A stretch of 39,423 bases of DNA from Escherichia coli (GCF_003334255.1 NZ_QOWU01000054.1); one strand, 5' to 3'. Positions 22,316 through 35,557 are shown, counted from the first letter of the stretch. Notes: generated by a model not told the origin, from the sequence alone. Translations and numbers: made by a program.

Positions 22316-23362
22316 ATGACACAACCAATGCCTGGGAAACCGGCCGAAGACGCTGAAAATGAACTGGATATTCGTGGGTTGTTTCGTACCTTGTGGGCTG
22401 GGAAGCTATGGATTATTGGCATGGGGCTGGCGTTTGCGTTAATCGCGCTGGCGTATACGTTTTTTGCTCGTCAGGAGTGGAGCTCGACGGCGATTACCGA
22501 TCGTCCAACGGTGAATATGCTGGGGGGATATTACTCGCAGCAGCAATTTTTGCGTAACCTGGATGTCCGTTCAAACATGGCTTCTGCCGACCAACCATCG
22601 GTCATGGACGAAGCCTATAAAGAGTTTGTTATGCAACTGGCCTCGTGGGATACCCGCAGAGAGTTCTGGCTGCAAACCGACTATTACAAACAGCGGATGG
22701 TGGGCAACAGCAAAGCCGATGCGGCGTTGCTGGATGAAATGATTAACAACATCCAGTTTATCCCCGGAGACTTTACCCGCGCGGTCAATGACAGCGTGAA
22801 GCTTATTGCCGAAACCGCGCCTGACGCTAATAACCTGTTACGTCAGTATGTTGCTTTTGCCAGCCAGCGTGCAGCCAGCCATCTGAATGATGAGCTGAAA
22901 GGCGCATGGGCGGCGCGTACCATCCAGATGAAAGCTCAGGTGAAGCGTCAGGAAGAGGTGGCGAAAGCCATCTACGACCGCCGGATGAACAGCATTGAGC
23001 AGGCGCTGAAAATTGCTGAGCAGCATAATATTTCGCGCAGTGCGACAGATGTACCTGCCGAGGAATTACCTGATTCAGAAATGTTCCTGCTTGGGCGTCC
23101 AATGCTTCAGGCTCGACTGGAAAATTTACAGGCCGTCGGTCCGGCCTTTGATCTCGACTATGATCAGAATCGGGCCATGTTAAACACCCTGAATGTTGGT
23201 CCAACCCTGGATCCGCGTTTTCAGACCTATCGCTATTTGCGTACGCCGGAAGAACCGGTAAAACGCGATAGCCCACGTCGTGCCTTCCTGATGATTATGT
23301 GGGGCATTGTCGGGGGGCTGATCGGGGCTGGTGTCGCATTAACCCGCCGTTGCTCGAAATAG
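22316..23362 (+). CDS. wzzE: ECA polysaccharide chain-length modulator, 348 aa
   Basis: ORF track 349 aa MMTQPMPG...; second codon ATG chosen because GAGGA lies 5 nt upstream; Wzz-type N- and C-terminal TM segments. Confidence 0.9.
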   Translation: MTQPMPGKPAEDAENELDIRGLFRTLWAGKLWIIGMGLAFALIALAYTFFARQEWSSTAITDRPTVNMLGGYYSQQQFLRNLDVRSNMASADQPSVMDEAYKEFVMQLASWDTRREFWLQTDYYKQRMVGNSKADAALLDEMINNIQFIPGDFTRAVNDSVKLIAETAPDANNLLRQYVAFASQRAASHLNDELKGAWAARTIQMKAQVKRQEEVAKAIYDRRMNSIEQALKIAEQHNISRSATDVPAEELPDSEMFLLGRPMLQARLENLQAVGPAFDLDYDQNRAMLNTLNVGPTLDPRFQTYRYLRTPEEPVKRDSPRRAFLMIMWGIVGGLIGAGVALTRRCSK

Positions 23363-23417
23363 CAACACTGCTGCGGTGAGCGCAAAGGCGCTCGCCGCTT
23401 ATTCGAAGAGAATCGAT

Positions 23418-24548
23418 GTGAAAGTACTGACTGTATTTGGTACGCGCCCGGAAGCCATCAAGATGGCGCCGTTGGTGCATGCGTTGGCAAAAGATCCTTT
23501 TTTTGAGGCTAAAGTTTGCGTCACTGCGCAGCATCGGGAGATGCTCGATCAGGTGCTGAAACTCTTTTCCATTGTACCTGACTACGATCTCAACATAATG
23601 CAGCCAGGACAGGGCCTGACAGAGATAACCTGTCGGATTCTGGAAGGGCTAAAACCTATTCTTGCCGAGTTCAAACCAGACGTCGTGCTGGTTCACGGCG
23701 ATACGACGACGACGCTGGCAACCAGCCTGGCGGCGTTTTATCAGCGTATTCCTGTTGGTCACGTTGAGGCTGGTCTGCGCACGGGCGATCTCTATTCGCC
23801 GTGGCCGGAAGAGGCTAACCGTACATTGACCGGGCATCTGGCGATGTATCACTTCTCTCCAACCGAAACTTCCCGGCAAAACTTGCTGCGTGAAAACGTT
23901 GCGGATAGCCGAATCTTCATTACCGGTAATACAGTCATTGATGCACTGTTATGGGTGCGTGACCAGGTGATGAGCAGCGACAAGCTGCGTTCAGAACTGG
24001 CGGCAAATTACCCGTTTATCGACCCCGATAAAAAGATGATTCTGGTGACCGGTCACAGGCGTGAGAGTTTCGGTCGTGGCTTTGAAGAAATCTGCCACGC
24101 GCTGGCAGACATCGCCACCACGCACCAGGACATCCAGATTGTCTATCCGGTGCATCTCAACCCGAACGTCAGAGAGCCGGTCAATCGCATTCTGGGGCAT
24201 GTGAAAAATGTCATTCTGATCGATCCCCAGGAGTATTTACCGTTTGTCTGGCTGATGAACCACGCCTGGCTGATTTTGACCGACTCAGGCGGCATTCAGG
24301 AAGAAGCGCCTTCGCTGGGGAAACCTGTGCTGGTGATGCGCGATACCACTGAGCGTCCGGAAGCGGTGACGGCGGGTACGGTGCGTCTGGTAGGCACGGA
24401 TAAGCAGCGAATTGTCGAGGAAGTGACGCGTCTTTTAAAAGACGAAAACGAATATCAAGCTATGAGCCGCGCCCATAACCCGTATGGTGATGGTCAGGCA
24501 TGCTCTCGCATTCTGGAAGCGTTAAAAAATAATCGGATATCACTATGA
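23418..24548 (+). CDS. wecB: UDP-N-acetylglucosamine 2-epimerase, 376 aa, GTG start
   Basis: ORF track frame 23376..24548; known N-terminus [20 protein letters not shown] begins at in-frame GTG 23418. Confidence 0.9.
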   Translation: MKVLTVFGTRPEAIKMAPLVHALAKDPFFEAKVCVTAQHREMLDQVLKLFSIVPDYDLNIMQPGQGLTEITCRILEGLKPILAEFKPDVVLVHGDTTTTLATSLAAFYQRIPVGHVEAGLRTGDLYSPWPEEANRTLTGHLAMYHFSPTETSRQNLLRENVADSRIFITGNTVIDALLWVRDQVMSSDKLRSELAANYPFIDPDKKMILVTGHRRESFGRGFEEICHALADIATTHQDIQIVYPVHLNPNVREPVNRILGHVKNVILIDPQEYLPFVWLMNHAWLILTDSGGIQEEAPSLGKPVLVMRDTTERPEAVTAGTVRLVGTDKQRIVEEVTRLLKDENEYQAMSRAHNPYGDGQACSRILEALKNNRISL

Positions 24549-25807
24549 GTTTTGCGACCATTTCTGTTATCGGACTGGGTTATATCGGGCTGCCAACGGC
24601 AGCAGCGTTTGCCTCACGGCAAAAACAGGTAATTGGTGTCGATATCAACCAACATGCGGTTGATACCATCAATCGTGGCGAAATCCATATCGTCGAACCT
24701 GATTTGGCGAGTGTAGTAAAAACTGCCGTAGAAGGCGGTTTTTTACGAGCGAGCACGACGCCAGTTGAAGCGGATGCCTGGCTGATTGCTGTACCCACGC
24801 CGTTTAAGGGCGATCATGAGCCAGATATGACCTACGTTGAATCGGCTGCTCGCTCCATTGCGCCAGTGCTGAAAAAAGGCGCGCTGGTGATCCTTGAATC
24901 CACCTCGCCGGTGGGGTCAACCGAGAAGATGGCAGAATGGTTAGCAGAGATGCGTCCGGATCTCACTTTCCCGCAGCAGGTGGGCGAGCAGGCGGACGTC
25001 AACATTGCTTACTGCCCGGAACGCGTGTTACCAGGACAGGTAATGGTCGAGCTGATTAAAAACGATCGCGTGATTGGTGGTATGACGCCGGTTTGTTCGG
25101 CCCGCGCCAGCGAACTGTACAAAATTTTCCTCGAAGGTGAGTGTGTCGTCACTAACTCGCGGACGGCGGAAATGTGTAAGCTCACCGAAAACAGCTTCCG
25201 CGATGTGAATATCGCTTTTGCTAATGAATTGTCGCTGATTTGTGCCGATCAGGGGATTAACGTCTGGGAACTGATTCGCCTGGCGAATCGTCACCCTCGC
25301 GTTAATATTCTTCAGCCTGGCCCTGGCGTGGGCGGTCACTGCATTGCTGTTGATCCGTGGTTTATCGTGGCACAGAACCCCCAGCAGGCGCGGCTTATCC
25401 GTACCGCGCGCGAAGTGAACGATCACAAACCGTTCTGGGTTATCGATCAGGTGAAAGCGGCGGTGGCTGATTGCCTGGCGGCTACCGATAAACGCGCCAG
25501 TGAACTGAAAATCGCCTGCTTTGGTCTGGCGTTTAAACCGAATATTGATGACCTGCGCGAAAGCCCGGCGATGGAAATCGCTGAACTGATCGCCCAGTGG
25601 CATAGCGGCGAAACTCTGGTTGTTGAGCCTAACATCCACCAGTTGCCGAAAAAACTGACCGGGCTTTGTACTCTGGCGCAGCTTGACGAGGCGCTGGCAA
25701 CGGCAGACGTGCTGGTGATGCTGGTCGATCATAGTCAGTTCAAAGTTATCAATGGCGACAATGTCCATCAGCAGTATGTCGTCGATGCCAAAGGAGTCTG
25801 GCGCTGA
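24545..25807 (+). CDS. wecC: UDP-N-acetyl-D-mannosamine dehydrogenase, 420 aa
   Basis: ORF track 420 aa; N-terminal Rossmann GxGxxG ([10 protein letters not shown]); ATGA overlap with wecB. Confidence 0.95.
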
Positions 25808-26874
25808 TGAGAAAAATTCTGATAACAGGTGGTGCCGGGTTTATTGGCTCGGCGCTGGTGCGTTATATCATCAACGAAACGAGCGACGCGGTGGTAGTGG
25901 TCGATAAGCTGACCTACGCCGGAAACCTGATGTCGCTGGCACCGGTCGCGCAAAGCGAGCGCTTTGCCTTTGAGAAAGTTGATATCTGCGATCGGGCAGA
26001 ACTGGCACGCGTATTCACTGAGCATCAGCCAGACTGTGTCATGCATCTGGCAGCCGAAAGCCATGTTGACCGTTCTATTGACGGCCCGGCAGCGTTTATT
26101 GAAACCAACATTGTCGGGACTTATACATTGCTTGAAGCGGCGCGGGCTTACTGGAATGCGCTGACGGAAGATAAAAAATCAGCGTTCCGTTTTCATCATA
26201 TCTCCACTGACGAAGTATATGGTGACCTGCACTCGACGGATGATTTCTTCACCGAAACCACGCCGTATGCGCCGAGCAGCCCTTATTCCGCGTCAAAAGC
26301 CAGCAGCGACCATCTGGTGCGCGCCTGGCTGCGGACCTATGGTCTGCCGACGCTTATCACCAACTGCTCGAATAACTACGGCCCTTACCACTTTCCGGAA
26401 AAACTGATCCCGCTGATGATCCTCAACGCGCTGGCGGGTAAATCGCTGCCGGTATATGGCAACGGGCAGCAAATCCGTGACTGGCTGTATGTGGAAGATC
26501 ACGCCCGCGCGCTGTATTGCGTGGCGACCACCGGGAAAGTCGGTGAAACCTATAATATTGGTGGTCACAACGAGCGTAAGAATCTCGATGTTGTGGAAAC
26601 CATTTGCGAGCTGCTGGAAGAACTGGCTCCGAACAAGCCGCACGGCGTGGCGCACTATCGTGACCTGATCACCTTTGTCGCTGACCGTCCGGGGCATGAT
26701 CTGCGTTATGCCATTGATGCTTCGAAAATTGCCCGTGAACTTGGCTGGCTGCCGCAGGAAACCTTTGAAAGTGGAATGCGTAAAACGGTTCAGTGGTATC
26801 TGGCTAATGAAAGCTGGTGGAAGCAGGTGCAGGACGGCAGCTATCAGGGCGAGCGTTTAGGTCTGAAAGGCTAA
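25807..26874 (+). CDS. rffG: dTDP-glucose 4,6-dehydratase, 355 aa
   Basis: ORF track 355 aa; [11 protein letters not shown]-binding motif, SDR YxxxK (YSASK). Confidence 0.95.
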
Positions 26875-26892
26875 TTTTCAGCGGAGGCAAAC

Positions 26893-27774
26893 ATGAAAGG
26901 TATTATCCTGGCGGGCGGTTCCGGCACCCGATTGCATCCGATTACGCGCGGCGTATCGAAGCAACTGTTGCCGATTTACGATAAGCCAATGATTTACTAT
27001 CCGCTGTCGGTGCTGATGCTGGCCGGTATCAGCGAAATTCTCATCATCACTACGCCGGAAGATAAAGGTTATTTCCAGCGCCTGCTGGGCGATGGTAGTG
27101 AGTTCGGTATCCAGCTGGAATATGCCGAACAGCCCAGCCCGGACGGTCTGGCGCAGGCCTTTATCATCGGTGAAACCTTCCTTAATGGTGAACCTTCTTG
27201 TCTGGTGCTGGGCGATAACATCTTCTTCGGTCAGGGCTTCAGTCCGAAGCTGCGTCATGTTGCGGCGCGCACCGAAGGGGCGACGGTTTTTGGCTATCAG
27301 GTGATGGACCCGGAACGCTTTGGCGTGGTGGAGTTTGACGACAATTTCCGCGCTATCTCGCTGGAAGAAAAGCCAAAACAGCCGAAGTCAAACTGGGCGG
27401 TGACCGGGCTTTATTTCTACGACAGTAAAGTCGTGGAGTACGCAAAGCAGGTGAAGCCGTCGGAGCGTGGTGAACTGGAGATTACCTCCATCAACCAGAT
27501 GTACCTCGAGGCGGGCAACCTGACCGTTGAACTGCTCGGGCGCGGATTTGCCTGGCTGGATACCGGCACTCACGACAGCCTGATTGAAGCCAGCACCTTT
27601 GTACAGACGGTGGAAAAACGCCAGGGCTTTAAGATTGCCTGCCTGGAAGAGATTGCCTGGCGTAACGGCTGGCTCGATGACGAGGGTGTGAAGCGTGCTG
27701 CCAGTTCATTAGCGAAAACTGGCTACGGCCAATATCTGCTGGAGTTACTTCGTGCCCGTCCGCGCCAGTATTGA
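26893..27774 (+). CDS. rffH: Glucose-1-phosphate thymidylyltransferase, 293 aa
   Basis: ORF track 293 aa [18 protein letters not shown]... (nucleotidyltransferase G-rich loop). Confidence 0.95.
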
Positions 27775-28426
27775 GCCACTAACCTGGGAAAACGCCTTCT
27801 TTGGTGTTAACAGCGCCATCGTGCGCATTACGTCTGAAGCACCGCTCCTGACGCCAGACGCGTTAGCGCCGTGGTCACGGGTGCAGGCCAAAATTGCGGC
27901 ATCAAATACGGGTGAACTGGATGCCCTGCAACAGCTGGGATTCTCCCTGGTAGAAGGTGAAGTTGATTTGGCGCTACCCGTGAACAATGCCAGTGATAGC
28001 GGTGCTGTAGTGGCACAAGAGACCGATATTCCCGCATTACGTCAGTTAGCCAGCGCCGCATTTGCGCAAAGCCGTTTTCGTGCGCCGTGGTATGCGCCTG
28101 ACGCCAGCAGTCGCTTTTATGCACAGTGGATTGAAAATGCCGTGCGCGGCACCTTTGATCATCAATGTCTGATTTTACGTGCGGCGTCCGGCGATATTCG
28201 CGGCTATGTCTCTTTACGGGAACTCAATGCGACAGATGCGCGAATTGGCCTGCTGGCTGGACGCGGTGCAGGTGCTGAGCTGATGCAAACGGCGCTAAAC
28301 TGGGCGTATGCTCGCGGTAAAACAACTTTGCGGGTGGCGACCCAAATGGGCAACACCGCCGCGCTTAAACGATACATACAAAGTGGTGCGAATGTAGAAA
28401 GCACCGCGTACTGGTTATACAGGTGA
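27752..28426 (+). CDS. wecD: dTDP-fucosamine acetyltransferase (GNAT family), 224 aa as the longest ORF
   Basis: ORF track 224 aa; overlaps rffH 3' end by 23 nt, so a downstream start giving a shorter protein cannot be excluded. Confidence 0.75.
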
Positions 28427-28430
28427 TCAC

Positions 28431-29561
28431 ATGATTCCATTTAACGCACCGCCGGTGGTGGGAACCGAACTCGACTATATGCAGTCGGCAATGGGTAGCG
28501 GCAAACTGTGTGGCGATGGCGGTTTTACCCGTCGCTGCCAGCAGTGGCTGGAGCAACGTTTTGGCAGCGCCAAAGTGTTACTGACGCCGTCCTGCACCGC
28601 TTCGCTGGAGATGGCGGCGCTGCTGCTCGATATCCAGCCTGGCGATGAAGTGATCATGCCGAGCTACACCTTTGTCTCCACCGCCAATGCCTTTGTGCTG
28701 CGTGGCGCAAAAATCGTTTTTGTGGATGTTCGCCCGGACACCATGAACATCGACGAAACGCTGATTGAAGCGGCGATCACCGACAAAACGCGCGTTATCG
28801 TGCCGGTCCATTACGCGGGTGTGGCCTGCGAAATGGACACCATTATGGCGTTGGCGAAAAAGCATAATTTGTTTGTGGTAGAAGATGCCGCTCAGGGCGT
28901 GATGTCCACTTACAAAGGGCGTGCACTGGGAACCATTGGTCATATTGGCTGCTTTAGCTTCCATGAAACCAAAAACTACACGGCGGGCGGTGAAGGCGGC
29001 GCGACGCTGATTAACGATAAAGCGTTAATCGAACGAGCCGAGATCATCCGTGAAAAGGGCACTAACCGCAGCCAGTTCTTCCGTGGTCAGGTCGATAAAT
29101 ATACCTGGCGCGATATTGGCTCCAGCTATTTGATGTCCGATCTGCAAGCTGCATACCTGTGGGCGCAACTGGAAGCAGCGGATCGTATCAACCAGCAACG
29201 TCTGGCGCTGTGGCAAAACTACTACGATGCGTTAGCGCCTCTGGCGAAAGCCGGGCGTATCGAGCTGCCGTCGATTCCCGATGGCTGCGTGCAGAACGCG
29301 CATATGTTCTACATTAAACTGCGGGATATTGATGACCGGAGCGCGTTGATTAACTTTCTGAAAGAAGCGGAAATCATGGCGGTGTTTCATTACATTCCGC
29401 TGCACGGTTGCCCTGCGGGGGAACACTTTGGTGAGTTCCACGGTGAAGATCGCTACACCACCAAAGAGAGCGAGCGCCTGCTGCGCCTGCCGCTGTTCTA
29501 CAACCTGTCGCCCGTCAATCAGCGTACGGTAATTGCGACTTTGTTGAACTACTTTTCCTGA
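28431..29561 (+). CDS. wecE: dTDP-4-amino-4,6-dideoxygalactose transaminase (DegT/AHBA family, PLP-dependent), 376 aa
   Basis: ORF track 376 aa MIPFNAPPVVGTELDYMQSAMGSGKL... Confidence 0.95.
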   Translation: MIPFNAPPVVGTELDYMQSAMGSGKLCGDGGFTRRCQQWLEQRFGSAKVLLTPSCTASLEMAALLLDIQPGDEVIMPSYTFVSTANAFVLRGAKIVFVDVRPDTMNIDETLIEAAITDKTRVIVPVHYAGVACEMDTIMALAKKHNLFVVEDAAQGVMSTYKGRALGTIGHIGCFSFHETKNYTAGGEGGATLINDKALIERAEIIREKGTNRSQFFRGQVDKYTWRDIGSSYLMSDLQAAYLWAQLEAADRINQQRLALWQNYYDALAPLAKAGRIELPSIPDGCVQNAHMFYIKLRDIDDRSALINFLKEAEIMAVFHYIPLHGCPAGEHFGEFHGEDRYTTKESERLLRLPLFYNLSPVNQRTVIATLLNYFS

Positions 29562-29562
29562 T

Positions 29563-30813
29563 ATGTCGTTGGCAAAAGCGTCCTTGTGGACGGCGGCCAG
29601 TACACTGGTCAAGATTGGTGCCGGGTTACTGGTCGGTAAGTTGCTGGCGGTGTCATTTGGTCCGGCGGGGCTTGGGCTGGCGGCAAATTTCCGCCAGTTG
29701 ATTACCGTGCTCGGCGTGCTTGCCGGGGCTGGCATCTTTAACGGTGTAACCAAATACGTTGCCCAGTACCATGATAATCCGCAACAGCTGCGCCGCGTGG
29801 TCGGCACTTCATCAGCGATGGTACTTGGTTTCTCTACGCTGATGGCGCTGGTTTTTGTGCTGGCAGCTGCGCCAATCAGCCAGGGATTGTTTGGTAATAC
29901 CGACTATCAGGGGCTGGTGCGTTTAGTGGCGCTGGTGCAAATGGGGATCGCCTGGGGCAACCTGTTACTGGCGCTGATGAAAGGCTTTCGCGATGCCGCA
30001 GGTAATGCGTTATCGCTGATTGTCGGCAGCTTGATTGGCGTTCTCGCGTACTACGTCAGTTACCGTTTGGGCGGTTATGAAGGGGCGTTGCTGGGTCTGG
30101 CGCTGATTCCCGCGCTGGTGGTAATTCCTGCCGCCATCATGTTGATCAAACGTGGTGTCATCCCGTTAAGCTATCTGAAACCCAGCTGGGATAACGGTCT
30201 GGCAGGGCAGTTGAGCAAATTTACGCTCATGGCGTTGATTACGTCGGTGACCTTGCCTGTTGCTTACATCATGATGCGTAAACTGCTGGCGGCGCAGTAT
30301 AGCTGGGATGAGGTGGGGATCTGGCAAGGGGTGAGCAGTATTTCCGATGCCTACCTGCAATTTATTACGGCATCGTTCAGCGTATATTTGCTGCCCACGT
30401 TGTCGCGGCTAACGGAAAAGCGCGATATCACCCGGGAAGTGGTTAAATCGCTGAAATTCGTCTTACCGGCAGTGGCGGCGGCGAGTTTTACCGTCTGGCT
30501 GCTGCGTGATTTTGCTATCTGGCTGCTGTTGTCGAATAAATTTACCGCTATGCGCGATCTCTTTGCCTGGCAGTTAGTGGGTGATGTGTTAAAAGTGGGC
30601 GCTTATGTCTTTGGTTATCTGGTGATCGCCAAAGCGTCACTGCGGTTTTATATTCTGGCGGAAGTCAGCCAGTTCACTTTATTGATGGTATTTGCCCACT
30701 GGCTAATCCCTGCGCATGGTGCACTGGGCGCGGCGCAGGCATATATGGCAACTTATATCGTCTATTTTTCTCTTTGTTGTGGCGTGTTTTTACTCTGGCG
30801 TAGGCGGGCATGA
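29563..30813 (+). CDS. wzxE: ECA lipid III flippase (polytopic membrane protein), 416 aa
   Basis: ORF track 416 aa, highly hydrophobic; position in cluster. Confidence 0.9.
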   Translation: MSLAKASLWTAASTLVKIGAGLLVGKLLAVSFGPAGLGLAANFRQLITVLGVLAGAGIFNGVTKYVAQYHDNPQQLRRVVGTSSAMVLGFSTLMALVFVLAAAPISQGLFGNTDYQGLVRLVALVQMGIAWGNLLLALMKGFRDAAGNALSLIVGSLIGVLAYYVSYRLGGYEGALLGLALIPALVVIPAAIMLIKRGVIPLSYLKPSWDNGLAGQLSKFTLMALITSVTLPVAYIMMRKLLAAQYSWDEVGIWQGVSSISDAYLQFITASFSVYLLPTLSRLTEKRDITREVVKSLKFVLPAVAAASFTVWLLRDFAIWLLLSNKFTAMRDLFAWQLVGDVLKVGAYVFGYLVIAKASLRFYILAEVSQFTLLMVFAHWLIPAHGALGAAQAYMATYIVYFSLCCGVFLLWRRRA

Positions 30814-31889
30814 CTGTACTGATTCACGTACTGGGATCGGATATCCCTCACCATAACCGAACCGTTTTGCGGTTTTTCAATGACGCGCTGGCCGCGACGA
30901 GCGAGCACGCGCGCGAGTTTATGGTTGTTGGCAAGGACGACGGCTTAAGTGATAGCTGTCCGGCGCTTTCTGTGCAATTTTTCCCTGGGAAAAAATCGCT
31001 GGCGGAAGCGGTCATCGCGAAAGCAAAAGCTAACCGTCAGCAGCGTTTTTTCTTCCACGGTCAGTTCAATCCCACACTGTGGCTGGCTCTGCTGAGTGGT
31101 GGCATTAAGCCCAGCCAGTTTTTCTGGCATATCTGGGGGGCAGACCTGTATGAGCTTTCCAGTGGCTTGAGATATAAGCTTTTTTACCCACTACGTCGCC
31201 TGGCGCAAAAGCGAGTCGGCTGTGTATTTGCCACCCGCGGCGATTTGAGCTTTTTTGCCAAAACGCACCCAAAGGTGCGGGGCGAACTGCTGTTCTTCCC
31301 GACGCGGATGGACCCTTCGCTCAATACGATGGCGAACGATCGGCAACGTGAAGGGAAAATGACCATTCTGGTGGGGAACTCCGGCGACCGCAGCAATGAG
31401 CATATTGCTGCCTTGCGCGCCGTTCATCAGCAATTTGGCGATACGGTAAAAGTGGTGGTGCCGATGGGATATCCGCCTAATAACGAAGCGTACATTGAGG
31501 AAGTTCGTCAGGCGGGGCTGGAGTTATTCAGCGAAGAAAATCTACAAATTCTGAGCGAAAAACTGGAATTTGACGCCTATCTGGCGCTACTTCGTCAGTG
31601 CGATCTTGGTTACTTTATTTTTGCCCGCCAGCAGGGCATTGGTACGCTGTGCTTACTGATTCAGGCGGGCATTCCTTGTGTGCTTAACCGGGAAAATCCG
31701 TTCTGGCAGGATATGACGGAACAACATTTGCCGGTGCTGTTTACTACCGACGATCTCAACGAGGATATTGTGCGTGAAGCGCAGCGCCAGTTGGCGTCGG
31801 TGGATAAAAACACCATTGCCTTCTTTAGCCCTAACTATCTACAAGGCTGGCAGCGGGCGTTGGCGATTGCCGCCGGGGAGGTCGCATGA
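30810..31889 (+). CDS. wecF: TDP-N-acetylfucosamine:lipid II N-acetylfucosaminyltransferase, 359 aa
   Basis: ORF track 359 aa; ATGA overlaps on both sides (wzxE and wzyE). Confidence 0.9.
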   Translation: MTVLIHVLGSDIPHHNRTVLRFFNDALAATSEHAREFMVVGKDDGLSDSCPALSVQFFPGKKSLAEAVIAKAKANRQQRFFFHGQFNPTLWLALLSGGIKPSQFFWHIWGADLYELSSGLRYKLFYPLRRLAQKRVGCVFATRGDLSFFAKTHPKVRGELLFFPTRMDPSLNTMANDRQREGKMTILVGNSGDRSNEHIAALRAVHQQFGDTVKVVVPMGYPPNNEAYIEEVRQAGLELFSEENLQILSEKLEFDAYLALLRQCDLGYFIFARQQGIGTLCLLIQAGIPCVLNRENPFWQDMTEQHLPVLFTTDDLNEDIVREAQRQLASVDKNTIAFFSPNYLQGWQRALAIAAGEVA

Positions 31890-33238
31890 GTCTGCTGCAA
31901 TTCAGTGGCCTGTTTATTGTCTGGCTGCTCTGCACGCTGTTTATTGCCACGCTGACCTGGTTTGAGTTTCGCCGTGTGCGCTTTAACTTCAATGTCTTCT
32001 TTTCATTGCTGTTTTTGCTCACCTTTTTCTTCGGCTTCCCGCTGACCAGCGTGCTGGTATTTCGCTTTGATGTTGGTGTCGCGCCGCCAGAAATCTTGTT
32101 GCAGGCGTTGCTTTCTGCGGGCTGCTTCTACGCGGTTTACTATGTCACCTACAAAACCCGCCTACGCAAACGCGTTGCTGATGTACCGCGCCGTCCGCTG
32201 TTTACCATGAACCGCGTGGAGACCAATCTTACGTGGGTGATCCTGATGGGTATCGCGCTGGTAAGCGTCGGCATCTTCTTCATGCACAACGGCTTTTTGC
32301 TGTTCCGGCTTAACTCCTACAGTCAGATCTTTTCCAGTGAAGTCTCCGGCGTGGCGTTAAAACGCTTCTTTTACTTTTTCATCCCGGCGATGCTGGTGGT
32401 CTACTTTCTGCGCCAGGACAGCAAAGCGTGGCTGTTTTTCCTCGTCAGCACGGTCGCCTTTGGCTTGCTGACTTATATGATTGTCGGCGGCACTCGCGCC
32501 AATATCATCATCGCATTCGCTATCTTCCTGTTTATTGGCATTATTCGCGGCTGGATTTCGTTGTGGATGCTGGCGGCGGCGGGCGTGCTGGGGATTGTTG
32601 GCATGTTCTGGCTGGCACTAAAACGCTATGGAATGAATGTGAGCGGCGATGAAGCGTTCTATACGTTTCTCTATCTCACTCGCGACACCTTCTCGCCGTG
32701 GGAGAATCTGGCGTTGCTGTTGCAGAACTACGACAACATCGACTTCCAGGGCCTGGCTCCAATTGTCCGCGATTTCTATGTCTTTATCCCTTCCTGGCTG
32801 TGGCCGGGTCGCCCGAGTATGGTGCTGAACTCAGCCAACTACTTTACCTGGGAAGTGCTGAATAACCACTCCGGACTGGCGATCTCGCCTACGCTTATAG
32901 GCTCACTGGTGGTGATGGGCGGCGCGTTGTTCATCCCGCTCGGGGCGATCGTGGTTGGTCTGATCATCAAATGGTTCGACTGGCTGTATGAGCTGGGCAA
33001 CCGCGAGCCTAATCGCTATAAAGCTGCGATATTGCACAGTTTCTGCTTTGGGGCGATCTTCAATATGATCGTGCTGGCGCGTGAAGGGCTGGATTCGTTT
33101 GTCTCACGCGTGGTCTTTTTTATCGTGGTCTTCGGCGCATGTCTGATGATCGCAAAACTGTTGTACTGGCTTTTTGAAAGCGCCGGACTCATTCATAAAC
33201 GTACAAAATCATCGCTCCGGACGCAGGTTGAAGGATAA
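31886..33238 (+). CDS. wzyE: ECA polymerase (polytopic membrane protein), 450 aa
   Basis: ORF track 450 aa, multiple TM segments. Confidence 0.9.
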   Translation: MSLLQFSGLFIVWLLCTLFIATLTWFEFRRVRFNFNVFFSLLFLLTFFFGFPLTSVLVFRFDVGVAPPEILLQALLSAGCFYAVYYVTYKTRLRKRVADVPRRPLFTMNRVETNLTWVILMGIALVSVGIFFMHNGFLLFRLNSYSQIFSSEVSGVALKRFFYFFIPAMLVVYFLRQDSKAWLFFLVSTVAFGLLTYMIVGGTRANIIIAFAIFLFIGIIRGWISLWMLAAAGVLGIVGMFWLALKRYGMNVSGDEAFYTFLYLTRDTFSPWENLALLLQNYDNIDFQGLAPIVRDFYVFIPSWLWPGRPSMVLNSANYFTWEVLNNHSGLAISPTLIGSLVVMGGALFIPLGAIVVGLIIKWFDWLYELGNREPNRYKAAILHSFCFGAIFNMIVLAREGLDSFVSRVVFFIVVFGACLMIAKLLYWLFESAGLIHKRTKSSLRTQVEG

Positions 33239-33240
33239 CA

Positions 33241-33981
33241 ATGAATAACAACACCACGGCACCAACCTATACGCTGCGTGGCTTACAGTTGATTGGTTGG
33301 CGTGATATGCAGCACGCCCTCGATTATCTGTTTGCTGACGGGCAGCTTAAGCAGGGAACGCTGGTTGCCATTAATGCTGAAAAAATGCTGACTATTGAAG
33401 ATAACGCCGAGGTCAGGGAGTTAATTAACGCTGCCGAATTTAAATATGCGGATGGCATCAGCGTTGTACGTTCAGTACGTAAAAAGTACCCGCAGGCGCA
33501 GGTTTCCCGCGTTGCCGGTGCCGATCTCTGGGAAGAGCTGATGGCGCGCGCAGGCAAAGAAGGGACGCCGGTATTTCTTGTGGGCGGTAAACCTGAAGTG
33601 CTGGCGCAAACTGAAGCTAAACTGCGCAACCAGTGGAATGTGAATATCGTTGGCAGTCAGGATGGTTATTTTAAACCCGAGCAGCGTCAGGCGCTGTTTG
33701 AACGCATTCATGCCAGCGGTGCGCAAATCGTCACCGTTGCGATGGGATCGCCAAAGCAGGAGATCATCATGCGCGACTGCCGTCTGGTACATCCAGATGC
33801 GCTGTATATGGGCGTTGGCGGGACTTACGATGTTTTCACCGGTCACGTAAAACGCGCACCGAAAATCTGGCAAACGCTGGGGCTGGAGTGGCTCTACCGC
33901 CTGCTTTCGCAGCCGAGCCGCATTAAGCGTCAGCTTCGTTTGCTGCGTTATTTACGCTGGCACTACACCGGCAACCTATGA
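33241..33981 (+). CDS. wecG: UDP-N-acetyl-D-mannosaminuronic acid transferase (WecG/TagA family), 246 aa
   Basis: ORF track 246 aa [31 protein letters not shown]... Confidence 0.9.
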   Translation: MNNNTTAPTYTLRGLQLIGWRDMQHALDYLFADGQLKQGTLVAINAEKMLTIEDNAEVRELINAAEFKYADGISVVRSVRKKYPQAQVSRVAGADLWEELMARAGKEGTPVFLVGGKPEVLAQTEAKLRNQWNVNIVGSQDGYFKPEQRQALFERIHASGAQIVTVAMGSPKQEIIMRDCRLVHPDALYMGVGGTYDVFTGHVKRAPKIWQTLGLEWLYRLLSQPSRIKRQLRLLRYLRWHYTGNL

Positions 33982-34000
33982 TTTTCCTCTCTTTGTAAAG

Positions 34001-34038
34001 CGACGGAGTGGTCACTCCGTCGCCTGTCTGCTTTTTTA
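34001..34038 (+). terminator. Candidate terminator after the ECA cluster
   Basis: CGACGGAGTG-GT-CACTCCGTCG inverted repeat followed 9 nt later by T6; spacing is non-canonical. Confidence 0.5.
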
Positions 34039-34171
34039 TTACACAAAGCATTCAAATTTTTAATGCTTTATTTGCCATTTCTCCTGAATTACGAAAACAT
34101 TTGCAACACTCGATGTACCCATAACGATAACCGGTAACACCGGAAAGCATGCAAACACAACACGAGGATTT

Positions 34172-35557
34172 ATGGCAGATAACAAACCAGAGCTACAGCG
34201 TGGGCTGGAAGCTCGACATATCGAACTCATCGCCCTGGGGGGCACCATTGGCGTCGGCCTGTTTATGGGGGCCGCCAGTACCCTGAAATGGGCCGGGCCA
34301 TCCGTATTGTTGGCCTATATCATCGCCGGGCTGTTCGTCTTTTTCATCATGCGTTCAATGGGCGAAATGTTGTTCCTCGAACCGGTTACCGGTTCGTTCG
34401 CCGTTTATGCGCATCGTTATATGAGCCCGTTCTTTGGCTATCTCACCGCCTGGTCTTACTGGTTTATGTGGATGGCGGTGGGGATCTCTGAAATCACCGC
34501 CATTGGCGTTTATGTCCAGTTCTGGTTCCCGGAGATGGCGCAGTGGATACCCGCATTGATCGCAGTGGCGCTGGTGGCGTTGGCGAATCTGGCGGCGGTG
34601 CGGTTGTACGGCGAAATCGAGTTCTGGTTCGCGATGATCAAAGTCACCACGATTATCGTGATGATTGTCATTGGCCTGGGCGTGATTTTCTTTGGCTTTG
34701 GCAATGGCGGGCAGTCGATTGGTTTTAGCAATCTCACAGAGCATGGCGGTTTCTTTGCGGGTGGCTGGAAAGGGTTCCTGACCGCTCTGTGTATTGTGGT
34801 GGCGTCCTACCAGGGCGTGGAGCTGATTGGCATTACTGCCGGTGAAGCGAAGAATCCGCAGGTGACGCTGCGCAGTGCCGTAGGCAAGGTGCTGTGGCGG
34901 ATCCTGATTTTCTACGTAGGCGCGATTTTCGTTATCGTCACCATCTTCCCGTGGAATGAAATAGGCAGCAACGGCAGCCCGTTCGTACTGACTTTTGCCA
35001 AAATCGGTATTACCGCAGCGGCGGGCATTATCAACTTTGTGGTGCTGACGGCTGCGCTCTCTGGCTGTAACAGCGGCATGTACAGTTGCGGACGTATGCT
35101 CTACGCACTGGCGAAAAACCGTCAGTTACCGGCGGCAATGGCGAAAGTTTCCCGTCACGGCGTACCGGTTGCGGGTGTGGCAGTATCTATTGCTATTCTG
35201 CTAATTGGCTCATGCCTGAACTACATCATTCCCAATCCGCAGCGTGTGTTTGTCTACGTCTACAGTGCCAGCGTGCTTCCGGGGATGGTGCCATGGTTTG
35301 TGATATTGATAAGCCAGCTGCGTTTTCGGCGTGCACATAAAGCGGCGATTGCCAGCCATCCGTTCCGCTCAATCCTGTTCCCGTGGGCCAATTACGTAAC
35401 AATGGCATTCCTGATTTGCGTTTTGATCGGCATGTACTTTAATGAAGATACGCGTATGTCGCTGTTTGTTGGCATCATCTTTATGCTGGCGGTGACGGCG
35501 ATTTATAAAGTTTTTGGCCTTAATCGCCACGGGAAAGCGCATAAACTGGAGGAATAA
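34172..35557 (+). CDS. yifK: APC-family amino acid permease, 461 aa
   Basis: ORF track 461 aa with 12 predicted TM stretches; recognised as YifK from memory. Confidence 0.9.
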
